Positions 13,530 through 26,134 of a stretch of 55,595 bases of DNA are shown one piece after another. Each line of letters begins with the position of its first letter. Positions within the stretch are counted from its first letter, which is position 1. Source of the stretch: Octopus bimaculoides. Taxonomy: Eukaryota. The stretch covers positions 6,384,893-6,440,487 of the forward strand of contig NC_068985.1 in the NCBI RefSeq assembly GCF_001194135.2, in the 5' to 3' direction. A model generated the notes under the pieces. It saw only the letters and a program-made list of their open reading frames with translations. It was not told the DNA's origin and did no database searches. The translations under genes and the position numbers were made by a program.

Positions 13530-13545
13530 AGAAGAGGAAGAAGGA
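13480..13545. repeat. (GAA/GAG)n purine microsatellite
   Basis: Directly visible; explains the poly-S ORF at 13260-13589. Confidence 0.9.
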
Positions 13546-14089
13546 ACACTGTGAAGTGGAACCCCAAACCACAACCGTCGAACCCACACCCTCTCAGGCC
13601 CACCTTCTCCATACAGCCATATAACCCACCCATTTCCATCCTACACAATCCAAAAAAGAAAGCAAACAACAAAACATACAAAATTCCCCTCCCCTAGTTA
13701 CGTATGTTTATTGACGGATAAGGAGAACAAGGAACTGATTTGTAAGCTAACAGAAGAGAGAACAGCGAAACTAGTAAACGTTGAAGGTTATAAAAACACA
13801 ATAGAGTCGAACACGTATGGGCTACTTTCGGAGAAGCAAATGGAAGAAGTAAAGAAATATAAAGAAGGTTACATATAGTGGAAAATTTATGCAGACAAGG
13901 ATAACTGACAATATTGGTTATAAGGAGCTGTTAGAAAAACACGGCTTGGACGTGTTAAAATGACGTGATGCTGCTTCAGGTGGGGCAAGCAGCACATTCC
14001 CATTTTTTTTCATTTTCGTTATTCATTCATATTATCATATTTTAAATTTTATTTGAATTTAATTTTTATTTATTTGTGTTATATGTCCC

Positions 14090-14337
14090 CACATGTGTTT
14101 GTGTTGTTCACTCCTTGTCGGCCCCTTGTGAGCAATAAAGAAACAGCGTGTGCGTGTATTTTTGTGTGTTTGGCTCCGCTTGTCCCCAGCACTGAGCCTG
14201 CTCCAACAGCAGTTGTTCGTGTGATTGCTTCTCCGTAATTTAGCGGCTTGGCAAAATAAGAAATGGGTTTGATGCCTTCGGGGATGTGCTCGTGCGTGGC
14301 CGCTGTCTAATATGTGAAACAATTAAAAGAGAAATGT
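14090..14337 (+). mobile_element. SINE family B, 3' half, old
   Basis: TTGTCCCC...CCGTAATTTAGCGGCTTGGCAAAA...GTGGCCGCTGTCTAATATGTGAAACAATTAAAAGA matches the family B tail. Confidence 0.6.
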
Positions 14338-15818
14338 TAAAAAATTCACGGTGTCTTCTACAGAATATGGTTTATGTTATCATAGCGAACTTATTCATGT
14401 TAAACTTAAGCTGATATGTGTAGCAACAGTCCAGCATAGTGCAACATATTCAGCTATCAGAAATAATAAATATACTTTAGTATTTAACGATGAGGTCTAA
14501 TGATTGTACAAATTGATTTATGTGTTTATAATTTTTGTTTTCTAATTTCTTGAATCATTGCCAAATTTTACCTATCACTAAATGGCACTTTTAACTTCAA
14601 TCATTTACATTTTTTTCAGTTGGTTTCACTAATAAGGAGCTGAATGCATAGAGTCGTGGGCTGGAATAATAATTTATTTATTACATTTCTTTCAATATGC
14701 AAATAATCATAAAAAAAAATTATCTCATTTATTCCAGTCTGCACACATTCGCTTTCCAATAGAACTAAACTATTTCAGAAAGTAATCATTCTTGTTTTTG
14801 GTATTTTCTTCTCAGAGAGATTTCGTTGAGAAAGATGTAATTTTCCAACTTTGTATTCACTATTATTTTATTCTAAGGTGATTTGTTTTACTAATATCGA
14901 TCGAGAATTTTAGTTAATTCTACGGGTTTGCTTTTGTCAGGAACTTAGTAAAACGTGTACACGCGCCTACACAATAGATTTGAACATTTATAACACTAAT
15001 TGATGCACTTAGATGATTCTGGTTTTGTACTTGGATAGAGCAATTTATTTGTGTGATAAAACAACATTGACATTCATTTGGATTCAATGTTATGCTCGAA
15101 TTTTTATTATTTTAATATTTTAGATGTTTTTTTCTTCACAATAGCGGATCATATATTAATTTAATTTTCGTTGTTTCTGACGATAGGTGTACATGCTATC
15201 TATTTAGTCCCGCTGCGCAGAGACATTTATAACGGACAGTGATGTGATGGTGTAAGCATACAGCAGTTTCCATTTTTTATTAGTATGTAAATGCCAATTT
15301 ACCGCAAATATGTTTTTACCGGGGTGCCTAAACGGTAATCGCAAGCATTTTTCTTGATGTATGCGAGATCTGTATTCATAATCTCTGCTTATAGATTATC
15401 ACCATATATATATAATAACGTCCTTCATGTTACTTTCAATGGCACGCAGACCTAGGATTTTTTGCCACTTATAACCGAAGAGAAAATTTTAAGTTGATTA
15501 AGTGGTTGTTGAAGAAAGGAATATCTCACATTGATAAACAATATATACGTTGTCTATAACAATTATTCCACCATGAAATGCAAGTTTATTGGTGATTACC
15601 TGCATTTCCCTAGCTGCAAACAGTTATAAAACCAATTAGTTGATTTTAGTTTTCCTAAATCTATTTTGTTTGTAAACGCTGGTAATATAATTAGAAATTT
15701 ATTCCTCCTGTATTTTTAAAATTGACTTTTGCGCAAATCACAGTTAAACTGCCCACATGTCTAACCAACACTCATAATAAGATTGCAATACAACCACATT
15801 AAGAATATTACTTTTTAC

Positions 15819-15995
15819 TTAGCACGCCGGGTGACATGCTTAGCTGTATTTCGTCTGTCTTTACGTTCTCAGTTCAAATTCCGCCGAGGTCGACTTTGTC
15901 TTTCATCGTTTCGGGGTCGATAAATTAAGTACCAGTTGTGTACTGGTTCGATCTAATATTTCAGGCCTCGTGCCAAGAATAGAAAAGATTATCTA
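15819..15995 (+). mobile_element. SINE family A, 5'-truncated, first of a tandem pair
   Basis: TTAGCACGCCGGG...CAGTTCAAATTCCGCCGAGGTCGACTTTG...GGGGTCGATAAATTAAGTACCAG. Confidence 0.9.
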
Positions 15996-15999
15996 GTAT

Positions 16000-16215
16000 A
16001 AGGCGGTGAGCTGGCAGAAACGTTACCACGCCGGGCGAAATTATTAGCGTTATTTCGTCTGTCTTTACGTTCTGAGTTCAAATTCCGCCATGGTCGACGT
16101 TGCCTATCGTCGTTTCGGGGTCGATGAATTAAGTATCAGACGCGTACTGGGGTCGATCTCATCGACTGGCCACCTCCCCCAAAACTTCGGGCCTTCTGCC
16201 TAGAAGAGAAAAGAA
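16000..16215 (+). mobile_element. SINE family A, full length
   Basis: AAGGCGGTGAGCTGGCAGAAACG (A-box-like) and GAGTTCAAATTCC (B-box), with complete body and AGAAAAG tail. Confidence 0.93.
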
Positions 16216-16397
16216 TGTGAACTTTTGCTGTAAAGAGTTGCGATGAAATGAACAGATGATTAGCACATATTATCTTCAACATGCATCACTAAATAATATT
16301 TCTTTTGCTGGCAGCCATTACTTCAAATATGTTAAGGTCGTCGCTAAAGTCAAATGAATTCTAGTCGACATCATAAAGTTCGAGTATCTATTCTTTA

Positions 16398-16603
16398 ATT
16401 CTTTTACTTGTTTCAGTTATTTGACTGCGGCCATGCTGGAGCACCGATATTAGTCGAACAAATCGAACCTTGGAATTATTCTTTGTAAGCCTAGTGCTTA
16501 TTATATCGGTTACTTATGCTGAACTACTACGTTACAGACGCATATACACATACACAAGCACACACACACACACACAGACACACACACACACATACACACG
16601 CAC

Positions 16604-16653
<50 letters not shown>

Positions 16654-16770
16654 TTCAGTTTCTGTCTACCAAATCCAGTCTCGAGGCTTTGGTCAGCCCG
16701 AGGTTATAATAGAAGACACTTGCCCTAGGTGGAATGGAGTGGAACTGAATCCGAAGTCTGCGCCTGTGTA
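16398..16770 (-). mobile_element. SINE family B with internal (CA)n
   Basis: Same tail / (CA)n / body arrangement as 6222-6632; the (CA)n run is about 16545-16652. Confidence 0.87.
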
Positions 16771-16961
16771 CTTAAACAGAACGTTTCAGAAACATTTGAA
16801 TCGTCTTAATGTAACCTGCTTTACACTGTGAGTAAAATACATCCATCCTATACTCTTTGCAGCTCGCATCTTCAGATATATATCAGTATCTATCTGTCAC
16901 TACATCTGTTTCACACAAACACAGTTTCTTTTTGTGCAGAAGTTTATAATATCATCTGTCT

Positions 16962-17180
16962 AAGGCGTTCAGCTGGCAGAAACGTTAGCACGCCGGGCAA
17001 AATGCTCATGTGTATTTCGTCTGTCTTTACGTTGAGTTCAAATGCCACCGAGGTTGACTCTGCCTTTCATCCTTCGGGGTCGATAAATTAAGTACCAGTT
17101 GCGTACTGGTGTCGATCTAATCGACATGAGCTTTTCCACAAAATTTCGGGCCTTGTGCTTAGAGGAGAAAAGAATAATAC
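16962..17180 (+). mobile_element. SINE family A, full length
   Basis: AAGGCGTTCAGCTGGCAGAAACGTTAGCACGCCGGG...GAGTTCAAATGCC...GGGGTCGATAAATTAAGTACCAG...AGAAAAG. Confidence 0.92.
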
Positions 17181-19667
17181 TGGTTCTTGAATTTTTTAGT
17201 TTAATATATTTTGTAAGAATATTTACTAAATTCTCATACCCGAGAGGTTGCCTTGTAGGTCTAGGACCTGTTCTCATATAGTATGTTAAAAAAATAAATC
17301 ATGAAATTATGAAGCCTCTTATGTTAACAAAAATCTTCATAAAGGTACGGCCATGCTGGGGTGCCACCTTGGATTTGTAGTTGAATGAAACGACCGCAGT
17401 CTATTTCTCTTAAGCCGAGTACTTATTCTCTCTGTTTCTTTGCCGAATTGCTAGGTACAATTCATGGGTTTTTACTGGAGATTCTGAACCATTCTATGAT
17501 TCGTTGAAGTGCAAAGACCGGCATCAGATTAAATCTGCATTTGAGAATATTGTAATGTTGGCCATATAACAGTGAATAATCTATAAAAAGATCTTACCAT
17601 AGCAATATAATTCGTCTGCGGTTTGAAAACAGTTGATAATTAGTTTTTCTTCCTGTACAGCACAAAGAACTGGTGACGCTCTTCGCGCAGGGAGGCCAAT
17701 GTTCGTTTTCTTATGAAGCGTTTGTTAATTGATTTAGCTTTGGCCTTACTGTGTGTTCTTAGTTCCCACCATATGGCGCTTCAGCGCGTGCGCCTTTGGT
17801 AGAACATCAATTTCCTTCAATTTCTTAGAAGAACTAGACTAATATTTCAATTCCAAATTTTGAAAGTTATATATATATATATTTTATGTTTATTTATAGA
17901 AAGATTTTAATGTTCTTTTCTATATGATTAGAGAAAATAATAATAGATTAGTGACATACTCCCATTAATTGCTGCTATTTTAAAATTAAATCGTTTTGAG
18001 AAAGTATTAGTATAGGAAATATGAAATCGAAAGTCAGAGCACTGAATAATTTCATTTTAAATATTATTTGTACATTTCAACATTTGTTTATTTAAACAAT
18101 ATGTAGTCTAGCCTGATCATCTAAATTTCTGAAACATCACAGTTTCCAGTAAATCTATGGTCGGGGTCAAACTGCAGATGCGCACAACATATCCCAAGTA
18201 TATTATGAAATATGTTACGATGGTACTTATGCACACACGTGCATATCCACATGCAAACACATGCCAATAAATATATATAGAGAAAATTGAAAGTGAGAGC
18301 ATCTTGGTTTTGTTACGCTCTAAAAAGAAAATAGTTTTTGCACTATGTGTGTGTATACACACACAGAGGCAACTGCATACATATTTATATACACAGAAAC
18401 ATGTGCACGCACACACATTCACATATTCACACACTCATATATACATAGTCACATCCCTTTATATCTTTGTCTTTGAATCTCAAAGTATTACCCTCTTTCA
18501 TTTCTTTATCGTTTACTGAACCTGTCATCCACGTCTCCCTCCACCACTCTATCCCCCCCCCNNNNNNNNNNTACTCGGCTTTGTCTAAGGAAAAACAAGA
18601 CGAAAAAGAAGAAGCCATTTTTTTAATGTTTCTGCGTTCCTTTAAAGTTTTCCGATATTAGCAATTTGGCGTTTCTTTCTCTTGTATTCACTTTTTGTTT
18701 TATATTCTCTATCTCTTCAATATTTTCAATTTCCTTTCATATTTTTGAAGTATTTAAGCGGCTTCTATAAAATACACTCTACTGCTTTCCTTATACTATT
18801 TCGTTTGTTTCCATATAATTTTCCTTTTCTCTTCCTTTCTCCAGTTTTCCCCTTCTTATTTCTCTGTCACATTTGTATCATGATTGTCTGACATTTTAGT
18901 TCACATTAAATGCGTCGTCTGTCGCCTGGTTACAGTTGTCTTCTATCCTTGTATCTGCTCCATCGCTAAATTTTCCTCTCATTCTTTGAACAACTCCATC
19001 CATTATAATTGTTCAACTTCTTTCTTATATGTGGTTCTGTATGTCGATATTTTCTCGTCACAAATCTATAATTATTTCTTACTTTGATCTCCATCAAAGA
19101 TAATCATTTACAGCGTGCTAATTAATCAGAACGTCATTCCAATAACGATCTGCATTCAATGAGGGGAGGGCCAGTTACATCCTTTATTGTCAAAGTCATT
19201 AAAGTTACTTGTGAAGCGAGTAATGCATTGTGACACTCAAGAAAAACGTTAAGACAGCAATTACAGAAAATCAAGTGCAAGAATTTCAGCTCTGCAACGA
19301 AATAAGATAATCGACACAAGATTAATAAATAATAGAAACATGAGAATGAAGACTTGGGGATAGATCCCGAGAGTGCACTTGTAAAATTGAGATCAATGTT
19401 GTATCTTTAAATTGTTTCGAGTTTATATTTACGGCAGAGAATTCTGTTATATATTTGGTGAAAAATGAAAATCAATAATAGATTACATAATATCAAGCAA
19501 TTTAATGTACTCTGTTCAATCCATTGATACACAGTTTTCTTCACTTTCATTTGAACAGGCTTGAAGCTATATATATTTACTTGCAATATTCGTTTGAAAA
19601 ATTTATTCATGAACAAGTATATATGAGATTGCAGTATATAACAGAAGAAAGAAAGAAAATACGAAGA

Positions 19668-19790
19668 AATGGCAGAATCGTTGGCGCATAGGACAAAATA
19701 ATTTAATTTATTCCGGCTCTTTAAGTTCTGAGTTCAAATTCCGCTGAGATCGATGTTGCTTTTCATCCTTTGTGGGTTGACAAAATAGCA
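19668..19790 (+). mobile_element. SINE family A, partial and diverged
   Basis: TGGCAGAATCGTTGGCGC...GTTCTGAGTTCAAATTCCGCTGAGATCGATGTTGCTTTTCATCCTTT. Confidence 0.75.
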
Positions 19791-20233
19791 CTACGAAGAA
19801 CTTAACCAACGTGTAAGGACGTTTAATTTCTGTTTCAAAGTAAAGGCAGAACGAAACATTGTAAGAACAAAAGCACAACGAGGATCCTAAGAGCGAAAAT
19901 GCTGAATTCTTCGATGCAACGTTTTGATAGGTATTGTTTAAGGATTAGCTAGAATATGTTAAAAGCTATACGGATGGAGATTCAACGATATTGATTTATC
20001 TTCACTAATCGAAGTACAACGATTGTATTAGTGATTTATCGTCAGTGTATTTATTTTATTACGAGAAAAATTAAATAGCATTCCATTTAAATTAGATATA
20101 TTTAAATGGCGGTTTCTCTCATTTTCTTTTCAAATCATGTACTTGTATTGACAAATTCGACAAAATAAATGTAATATGAGTACAGTTGGCATATACATAC
20201 ATACATGCATGCATACATACATACATATACAGG

Positions 20234-20270
<37 letters not shown>

Positions 20271-20412
20271 GCACACACATATATAATCGAGAAATTGTGC
20301 AAAATGTATAAATGGATGATGATTAAAGCACCGGCACAATTTCGATTACCTGTTGTTATCCGTAGATTTACTGTAATGTTTATTACACGTTCCATCTCCT
20401 ATTTTATTAATA

Positions 20413-20472
<60 letters not shown>

Positions 20473-20529
20473 TTATATATATAATACAAGCAGAACGGTC
20501 TCACTCGCGTTGTAAACTCCCAGTTTTAA

Positions 20530-21211
20530 CACCGTACTCTTTGCTTGTAGTGTCGGATTACATGCACGTATTATTCATGCCTCTGGAGTTTGATGCACTG
20601 CAGAGAGTTTAGCCTCTCAACCGTAGCAGCACATCACAGGTGTCTCTTCAGGTCACTTCCTTGCTTTACAATGTATGCACTCACTTGGCATTGCACCAAT
20701 GGAAACTTTAGTGTCATCTGCATAATTAACTGCTGGATCATAGTTGAAAGCTGCTTCATAGAAGTTGCTTCTCGGAGCTGTTTTAACTGCTTTTCCTTGT
20801 GCAGTGGAGATCCTATTACTTGTCAGGCATGCATACTTCTGTTAAGCAATTTCAGATGCTCAGGCAACTGTCTTTTTTTTTCTTTTGTTGAAGCACAACT
20901 CTTGTCTCACCATTCTCAGTTACTTTGGGTGCTCGAAAGCGCACACTCTGTTTTTTTTTTCTTGGCGTGCTTCCACCTTTTCAGCTGCCTCTCTTTCCCT
21001 CGACAGAAACACTCTAGGCATGGTTATTTACGGATACACAGATGCACAGGTACGGAAAATTGTAAAACAATAAAGACGGAATGATAGAGTAAGAGATAGA
21101 AAGAGTGGGGTACAGAAGATTGTAAACAATGGAAGTAGTTGTAATAATGTTTTTTTTTTACTACCAGAAATTGCTACAACGGTAAACGCTAGATAGAATA
21201 GTTCAGAGAAT

Positions 21212-21281
<70 letters not shown>

Positions 21282-21739
21282 AGTGATAGGAAGTTAGATA
21301 GGGAACCCGCCTTACAAATATTAAAAACAGATAGTGAGGGAGGAAGAAAGGGGACAGAGAGAGAGAGAGAGAGAGAGTGAATAAGGAAGAGAGGGGGAAA
21401 GAGTGAAGAAGGAAGAGCTGTTACGTCAGACATACATGTGTGTGTCTAGATAGCCGCCGTTGCTACGTCAGTACCGGAAGTTGACATTGGAAAACCCTTT
21501 CAAAGAATTTTATCTCATATAAAGTGATATTATTTATTTTTGATAAAGAAAGGAAATAAATCAAACCCATATTATTGTATCCCCGGTCAAATTATTCATG
21601 CAGCCCAAATATCGAACCAATTCGTGCAACAGTTTTCGCGTGGAAAGCGAAAACACACACACACACATACGCACGCACGCGCGCACACATACGCACACAA
21701 ACACACACACACCCACACGTCTATTTTATATATAAAGTA
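20530..21739 (-). mobile_element. Helitron 5' portion: terminus, microsatellite-containing leader and decayed RepHel N-terminus
   Basis: Minus strand starts CTTTATATATAAAATAGACG-(TG)n-CGCTTTCCACGCGAAAACTGTTGCACGAATTGGTTCGATATTTGG (Helitron/DINE-1-like 5' signature); ATG at 21021; EAAFNYDPAVNYADDTKVSIGAMPSECIHCKARK*PEETPVMCC matches the Helitron CxxC...CC zinc-binding region. Confidence 0.82.
21213..21279. repeat. (GA)n microsatellite inside the Helitron leader
   Basis: Directly visible. Confidence 0.95.
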
Positions 21740-21760
21740 AACAGTAAAGCCAGTCGTTAC

Positions 21761-21838
21761 TACTAGTTTAACCCCAGGCAGATTCTCCACCAGCTGGTTA
21801 TCGGTGCGACGGAGAATCTGCCTCGGGTTAAACTAGTA
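21761..21838. repeat. Short hairpin: 28 bp arms (27/28 paired) with a 22 nt loop
   Basis: TACTAGTTTAACCCCAGGCAGATTCTCC (21761-21788) vs GGAGAATCTGCCTCGGGTTAAACTAGTA (21811-21838). Confidence 0.95.
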
Positions 21839-22789
21839 ACATTCAACAACCACTTTGATGTGGTGACTGTGAAGACTGAATCACATGACCACGAACACAC
21901 ACGCACATTTCACACACACACATTTACATATATGGAGACACAAATCCATATATAACAAACGCACGTACATAGTCACAGAAACCCATACACATTGACGCAC
22001 TCAAACATGCTCACAGAAGGAGACAGTGGTATATACACAAATGCACAGACATGCAAACACACAAACGCATGCACACATACATACATATGTATACACACAT
22101 GCACACAAACAAACAAGAGGAACGTAGCTCTGATAGCAGAGACAGTCAACGACTATTGAAGAGGTTGCAAGACGCAACGAACATTCTATAAAAAACAAAC
22201 AAATGAGTAAATGTGTGGAAATCGAACCGCTGTGTGTGTGTGTGTTAAGATATAAAGAATACACAATATTACATATATATATATATATATATGTGCGTGC
22301 GTGTTTGTGTGCATGTGTGTGTGTGTGTGTGCGTCTACGTATGTATGGATTTATGTATATATGTATATGTATGTATATACTTTATTTAAAAGTATGTGTA
22401 TATATATATACATTATGTATATATACATATACATATAGGTTGAAAATATGTGTAAAAAATATATAAAAAGTGGAAGAGAAATGCCTTCGTTTCATATAGT
22501 TTAATATCTTTTTAGAATAAATGTATATTATATGCATGTGGTGAAGTGCAACCGGTTTTCGCTATTTAAATTAGCTTTTCAAGGGACATTGTAGAGTAAT
22601 CAGTTCTCGTGACAGAGGAGTTTCGTCATTTTGGATGTTTGAAGAATAAGAAGAATGAGTTTAGAGAGTGCACCAAGGGGAGCAACAGGTGGCAAGTGGG
22701 ACAACTTTCTCCTTAGTAGAATTGTTTTTTTTTTTAATGGTCAAAGTTGTATAGTGAGATGTGGTATGTACTTTTATTTGAACAGGTTA

Positions 22790-24260
22790 TATAAAACAAT
22801 CGTCTAGGTACGTTTTCCAGTTTTCTTTTATATACTAGTGGAATGGGGTTCCAAATTTTTGGAGCGAAAGTTCATATAAGGTAGATTCAAAGAAACCCAT
22901 TATTAGGTTCGCAGGGACACGTGCTGCTTTTGTTCCCATCACAATACCGCAATTTTGCCTACTTTGCTTTATTCCACAATGAGAGTGCCATTATGTTGCT
23001 TGAGTAGCAGTTTATAGCTTATTTGGATTTGTTGATGTTGCGTTTTGCCTGTTCTAACATGTATACATACAATTCAACCCATGCATTTCCATTTTATCCC
23101 TGGATTGCATGCAACCGTTTCATTTCCAAAGCCTATCAAACGTAGGTTGTAATTTCTCTATTGTGTACTATGAATCTAGATTAATTATTTTGGTTCATCT
23201 GAGAAGGTAACAACTAATCGTCATCAGGGAGTCCTCTACATAAAATACCGTTTTAAAAATATGAACTTCAATTGGATAGTTATTTCAGAATTGATGTGAT
23301 GATGTCACCGCTAGCTGGTATATTTCATTTATCATATATTCTTCTTTGCAATGCGTTTGTTTCATAGCAATACGTCTGCCATGAAATTTTCTTCCTCCAT
23401 TTCATATACTTCTGCACTATAGTTTTTAGTTTTTATGTCTCCATATCAAATTCCTATGATTTTTCTTCCTCATTCTTGGTACACTTCTGAAACTATTCGT
23501 CTCGTTGCATTTTCTTCGGGGGTTTATTTTCTTTCAGATATCAACTTGTGTATTTTGTCTTCTATTTTAACGACGATCTATTACTAATTGCATTGCAACA
23601 TGCTTAAGGAGTACTTCTGAAAGTTATTAGTTTTTTCTTTGATATGAGTATTGCTAATGACATCTCTCTTCAAGCTACAAAATTCATGGATAAACAGCTA
23701 CAACTACTGCTTTCGTATAAAGCACTCAATGAAATTATAAGTGGTTTCCCTCTCTACTTCATCTATTTTCTTTCATGATTTATACACCTTCTAATTCATT
23801 TATTTCGTCTTTCGTCAATTCACTGTTACAAATGTACGAAGTACAACGGATGATGTCAACAGCTCATGTGATTATCACAATTGTCAAATTCGTTGGAGAA
23901 AGTCTGGATTTCTAATTCTTTCACATGTACAGCCTAGATACTTTCATTAATTTCATTTATGAATGCTGGCACAGAATTTCATTATAAACAGATACTTTTA
24001 TCCACTGTCACCAGGATGTAAAATATGTCATTCAAATAAATCTATTCCATTAAAATAAGGAGTCTTTTCTTTGAAATTAAAGACCCAATTATTGATACGT
24101 GGAACAACATACCAATAAATCTTCAACCCCATTTCTCTTTGGAAACATGAGCTGATCCCGCCCTCTCTGACGTCGAGAATGTCTTTCATTTATCCATGAA
24201 GAATGGATTATATAGAGGTTGAGCATTTGCCTCTAGTTTACGCACCATATTGATTTTTGC
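22790..24260 (-). mobile_element. Penelope-like retroelement RT, decayed (solid only at about 22790-22950)
   Basis: GIVMGTKAARVPANLIMGFFE...ENWKTYLDDCFI matches PLE RT motifs GxAMGxxxAPxxANLxMG and WxRYLDD; the upstream extent to 24260 is tentative (RNPDFLQRI cf. IRDxxDFL). Confidence 0.7.
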
Positions 24261-25399
24261 AAGTGTTATTTTAGCAGGTATTTGTGCGATTAAAAATATT
24301 TGTCAGAAGATTTGTTCGAGGGAAACTGAGAGAAGCTCGTCGTATATATATATATATATNNNNNNNNNNNNNNNNNNNNNNNNNNNNNNNNNNNNNNNNN
24401 NNNNNNNNNNNNNNNNNNNNNNNNNNNNNNNNNNNNNNNNNNNNNNNNNNNNNNNNNNNNNNNNNNNNNNNNNNNNNNNNNNNNNNNNNNNNNNNNNNNN
24501 NNNNNNNNNNNNNNNNNNNNNNNNNNNNNNNNNNNNNNNNNNNNNNNNNNNNNNNNNNNNNNNNNNNNNNNNNNNNNNNNNNNNNNNNNNNNNNNNNNNN
24601 NNNNNNNNNNNNNNNNNNNNNNNNNNNNNNNNNNNNNNNNNNNNNNNNNNNNNNNNNNNNNNNNNNNNNNNNNNNNNNNNNNNNNNNNNNNNNNNNNNNN
24701 NNNNNNNNNNNNNNNNNNNNNNNNNNNNNNNNNNNNNNNNNNNNNNNNNNNNNNNNNNNNNNNNNNNNNNNNNNNNNNNNNNNNNNNNNNNNNNNNNNNN
24801 NNNNNNNNNNNNNNNNNNNNNNNNNNNNNNNNNNNNNNNNNNNNNNNNNNNNNNNNNNNNNNNNNNNNNNNNNNNNNNNNNNNNNNNNNNNNNNNNNNNN
24901 NNNNNNNNNNNNNNNNNNNNNNNNNNNNNNNNNNNNNNNNNNNNNNNNNNNNNNNNNNNNNNNNNNNNNNNNNNNNNNNNNNNNNNNNNNNNNNNNNNNN
25001 NNNNNNNNNNNNNNNNNNNNNNNNNNNNNNNNNNNNNNNNNNNNNNNNNNNNNNNNNNNNNNNNNNNNNNNNNNNNNNNNNNNNNNNNNNNNNNNNNNNN
25101 NNNNNNNNNNNNNNNNNNNNNNNNNNNNNNNNNNNNNNNNNNNNNNNNNNNNNNNNNNNNNNNNNNNNNNNNNNNNNNNNNNNNNNNNNNNNNNNNNNNN
25201 NNNNNNNNNNNNNNNNNNNNNNNNNNNNNNNNNNNNNNNNNNNNNNNNNNNNNNNNNNNNNNNNNNNNNNNNNNNNNNNNNNNNNNNNNNNNNNNNNNNN
25301 NNNNNNNNNNNNNNNNNNNNNNNNNNNNNNNNNNNNNNNNNNNNNNNNNNNNNNNNNTATATATATATATATGCGTGCGTGCGTGTCTTTGTGTATGTG

Positions 25400-25620
25400 C
25401 TTGTGTCTCTGTCTCTCACGACCGCTTGACAACCGGTATTAGTGTTTGACGACCAGTAAATTAATGGTTCCCAAAAGACCTGAAAGAACAAGTACCAGGA
25501 TTTAAAAAATACGTACTGGGTGGGGTGGGTTTAATGATTCATTCTAGTAGAAGTTCTTCAAGGGTGTGCCCAAGCATAACCACAGTCAAAGGACTGAGAC
25601 AGGTGAAAGATAAAGTCAAA
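25400..25620 (+). mobile_element. SINE family B, 3' half (5' part probably in the 24360-25357 gap)
   Basis: After a TA/TG repeat: CACGACCGCTTGACAACCGG...CCCAAGCATAACCACAGTCAAAGGACTGAGACAGGTGAAAGA. Confidence 0.7.
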
Positions 25621-26134
25621 CCCAATAATAAGAGTTATATCTCGTTAGTGAATTTAAAGTTTACCCACAGGGGGCGCTGATGAGACTATTGGCCCTGCTA
25701 TGTTTTAATATTATTTTGTCCATGAGTAGATTGTCTTTGAACTCTTTTAAATGTTTCATCCATTTCTTCTGTTCAACAGGTATTAATGTATTCTACATGA
25801 AATGATTGTGAATTTTCTGAGAAATCTCAATAGGAGATTAAGTCAGCTAATCGGATAATAAATTTTACTGGATTTTCTTTCTCTCTTTTCCCTCATAATC
25901 AAAACTATTCGTAGCTCACCTCTCATCAACTCCTGCAAAGCTTTTCCTATTACACTTCCATTTAAAAGATGTTTCTGTTTGAAATTCATTGAGATCATTT
26001 CCGGCTTCATAGACGCTTAGAAGATTCCTGATTTGGCTTTTAATCAACATTTAAATGAAGTTCTCATTTAATATTGCATTGCATAACAGACATTCGAAAG
26101 CATATTATGCTTACTTAATAAACTGTTATCATTG

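Noticed and set aside
15819-17180. Recurrent ~30-40 nt motifs that could be mistaken for CRISPR repeats or tRNA genes
   Set aside because: They are parts of dispersed SINE copies with no regular spacers, no cas genes and no complete cloverleaf.
17643-17730. Strong-looking splice acceptor followed by GC-richer sequence
   Set aside because: All frames stop within about 25 codons, there is no donor and no recognisable peptide.
23300-23450. Minus-strand SAEVYEMEEENFHGRRIAMKQ...EI resembles kinase subdomains I-III
   Set aside because: No Gly-rich loop, HRD or DFG; it lies within a decayed Penelope-like region.
24250-25491. Long 380-406 aa ORFs, and similar ones at 43.5, 50.1 and 53.1 kb
   Set aside because: Artefacts of translating N-gaps and flanking microsatellites.
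25900-26110. Possible hAT BED finger (CLLCNAIL...SMKP...KQKH) on the minus strand
   Set aside because: Needs a frameshift, the spacing is wrong and no other hAT motifs are nearby.
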